A model generated the notes under the pieces. The model was not told the DNA's origin, did no database searches, and saw only the letters and a list, made by a program, of their open reading frames with translations. 64,000 bases of DNA from Lingula anatina (Eukaryota; Animalia; Brachiopoda): the NCBI GenBank assembly GCA_051362555.1, contig CM120643.1, positions 23,812,848 through 23,876,847 of the forward strand. The letters run 5' to 3'. Shown here one piece after another: positions 61,301 to 64,000 of the stretch (position 1 is its first letter; each line of letters starts with the position of its first letter). The position numbers were made by a program, and so were the translations under genes.

Positions 61301-64000
61301 GACTCCAGTGTTACGGAGATAGCTACTGCATCATCCAGTGAAGACTCAACATTGACATCATCAGCAGGTGACACGTCTATAGTAACAACTGAAGAAACAT
61401 CTACAGTAGAACCCAGTGTTACGGAGACAGCAACTGCATCATCCAGTGAAGACTCAACATTGACATCATCTGCAGGTGACACGTCTATAGTAACAACTGA
61501 AGAAACATCTACAGTAGAACCCAGTGTTACGGAGACAGCAACTGCATCATCCAGTGAAGACTCTACATTGACATCATCAGCAGGTGACACGTCTATAGTA
61601 ACAACTGAAGAAACATCTACAGTAGAACCCAGTGTTACGGAGACAGCTACTGCATCAACCAGTGAAGACTCAACATTGACATCATCAGCAGGTGACACGT
61701 CTATAGTAACAACTGAAGAAACATCTACAGTAGAACCCAGTGTTACGGAGACAGCTACTGCATCATCCAGTGAAGACTCAACATTGACATCATCAGCAGG
61801 TGACACGTCTATAGTAACAACTGAAGAAACATCTACAGTAGAACCCAGTGTTACGGAGACAGCTACTGCATCATCCAGTGAAGACTCAACATTGACATCA
61901 TCAGCAGGTGACACGTCTATAGTAACAACTGAAGAAACATCTACAGTAGAACCCAGTGTTACGGAGACAGCTACTGCATCATCCAGTGAAGACTCTACAT
62001 TGACATCATCAGCAGGTGACACGTCTATAGTAACAACTGAAGAAACATCTACAATAGAACCCAGTGTTACGGAGATAGCTACTGCATCAACCAGTGAAGA
62101 CTCAACATTGACATCATCAGCAGGTGACACGTCTATAGTAACAACTGAAGAAACATCTACAGTAGAACCCAGTGTTACGGAGACAGCAACTGCATCATCC
62201 AGTGAAGGCTCAACATTGACATCATCTGCAGGTGACACGTCTATAGTAACAACTGAAGAAACATCTACAGTAGAACCCAGTGTTACGGAGACAGCTACTG
62301 CATCAACCAGTGAAGACTCAACATTGACATCATTGGCAGGTGACACGTCTGTAGTAACAACTGAAGAAACATCTACAGTAGAACCCAGTGTTACGGAGAC
62401 AGCAACTGCATCATCCAGTGAAGACTCAACATTGACATCATCGGCAGGTGACACGTCTATAGTAACAACTGAAGAAACATCTACAGTAGAACCCAGTGTT
62501 ACGGAGACAGCAACTGCATCATCCAGTGAAGACTCAACATTGACATCATCAGCAGGTGACACGTCTATAGTAACAACTGAAGAAACATCTACAGTAGAAC
62601 CCAGTGTTACGGAGACAGCTACTGCATCAACCAGTGAAGACTCTACATTCACATCATCTGCAGGTGACACGTCTATAGTAACAACTGAAGAAACATCTAC
62701 AGTAGAACCCAGTGTTACGGAGACAGCTACTGCATCAACCAGTGAAGACTCAACATTGACATCATCAGCAGGTGACATGTCTATAGTAACAACTGAAGAA
62801 ACATCTACAGTAGAACCCAGTGTTATGGAGACAGCAACTGCATCATCCAGTGAAGGCTCAACATTGACATCATCTGCAGGTGACACGTCTATAGTAACAA
62901 CTGAAGAAACATCTACAGTAGAACCCAGTGTTACGGAGACAGCTACTGCATCAACCAGTGAAGACTCAACATTGACATCATTGGCAGGTGACACGTCTGT
63001 AGTAACAACTGAAGAAACATCTACAGTAGAACCCAGTGTTACGGAGACAGCAACTGCATCATCCAGTGAAGACTCAACATTGACATCATCGGCAGGTGAC
63101 ACGTCTATAGTAACAACTGAAGAAACATCTACAGTAGAACCCAGTGTTACGGAGACAGCTACTGCATCATCCAGTGAAGACTCAACATTCACATCATCTG
63201 CAGGTGACACGTCTATAGTAACAACTAAAGAAACATCTACAATAGAACCCAGTGTTACGGAGACAGCTACTGCATCAACCAGTGAAGACTCAACATTGAC
63301 ATCATTAGCAAGTGACACGTCTATAGTAACAACTGAAGAAACATCTACAGTAGAACCCAGTGTTACGGAGACAGCTACTGCATCAACCAGTGAAGACTCT
63401 ACATTCACATCATCTGCAGGTGACACGTCTATAGTAACAACTGAAGAAACATCTACAGTAGAACCCAGTGTTACGGAGACAGCTACTGCATCAACCAGTG
63501 AAGACTCTACATTCACATCATCTGCAGGTGACACGTCTATAGTAACAACTGAAGAAACATCTACAGTAGAACCCAGTGTTACGGAGACAGCTACTGCATC
63601 AACCAGTGAAGACTCAACATTGACATCATCAGCAGGTGACACGTCTGTAGTAACAACTGAAGAAACATCTACAATAGAACCCAGTGTTACGGAGACAGCA
63701 ACTGCATCATCCAGTGAAGACTCAACATTGACATCATCAGCAGGTGACACGTCTATAATAACAACTGAAGAAACATCTACAGTAGAACCCAGTGTTACGG
63801 AGACAGCAACTGCATCATCTAGTGAAGACTCAACATTGACATCATCAGCAGTTGACACATCTATAGTAACACCTGGAGAAACATCTACATTAGACTCCAG
63901 TGTTACGGAGACAGCAACTGCATCATCCAGTGAAGACTCAACATTCACATCATCTGCAGGTGACACGTCTATAGTAACAACTGAAGAAACATCTACAGTA
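49359..64000 (+). CDS. Giant exon of an acidic Ser/Thr-rich mucin-like protein (at least 4880 codons, continues past the window)
   Basis: Acceptor TTCATTTGATTTAG|TG; frame (V)SRVNTTTIETSTE... with no stop seen and the same register at 49361, 50690 and 63959; repeat TEETSTVEPSVTETATASSSEDSTLTSSAGDTSIVT. Presumably missing from the ORF track because no stop occurs in the window. Confidence 0.82.
49470..64000. repeat. 108-bp coding tandem array, about 130 homogeneous units plus a degenerate 5' edge
   Basis: Period 108 bp; two 93-bp in-frame variants at 49679-49771 and 49880-49972. Confidence 0.97.

Noticed and set aside
50698-63966. 4422-aa minus-strand ORF (and the 452-aa ORF at 49324-50682) as real genes
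   Set aside because: Openness follows from the lack of Tyr/His/Gln in the plus frame. It is broken by a stop while the plus frame is not, and only the plus frame has a matching splice and signal-peptide context.
49470-64000. Array as CRISPR or non-coding satellite
   Set aside because: No unique spacers, eukaryotic context, unit length a multiple of 3 and only in-frame indels.

Overview
AT-rich, intron-containing animal genomic DNA, probably lophotrochozoan or molluscan (inferred from domain content and repeat types). It holds three protein-coding genes and one tRNA. (1) Minus strand, 14886 to beyond the left edge: at least 23 exons and at least 1343 aa of a secreted mosaic protein (signal peptide, RNKR, C-type lectin with EPN/WND, VWA, 3xTSP1, 3xVWA with Pro/Thr linkers, 2xShKT, VWC repeats), built almost entirely from phase-1 exons, with an intact tRNA-Cys(GCA) antisense in one intron. 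(2) Minus strand, 36200-20143: a complete 6-exon MYLIP/IDOL orthologue (FERM + RING E3 ligase, 447 aa) with clustered nuclear-receptor-like half-sites. (3) Plus strand from 48957, absent from the ORF track: a signal-peptide-like exon spliced to an open exon of over 14.6 kb with about 130 copies of a 108-bp/36-aa acidic Ser/Thr repeat and higher-order repeat structure. The 4422-aa minus-strand ORF is best explained as its antisense shadow. Introns and intergenic DNA contain a Tc1 transposase fossil, several MITEs with target-site duplications, a Helentron-type element and microsatellites. All coordinates were read by hand; no searches were run.
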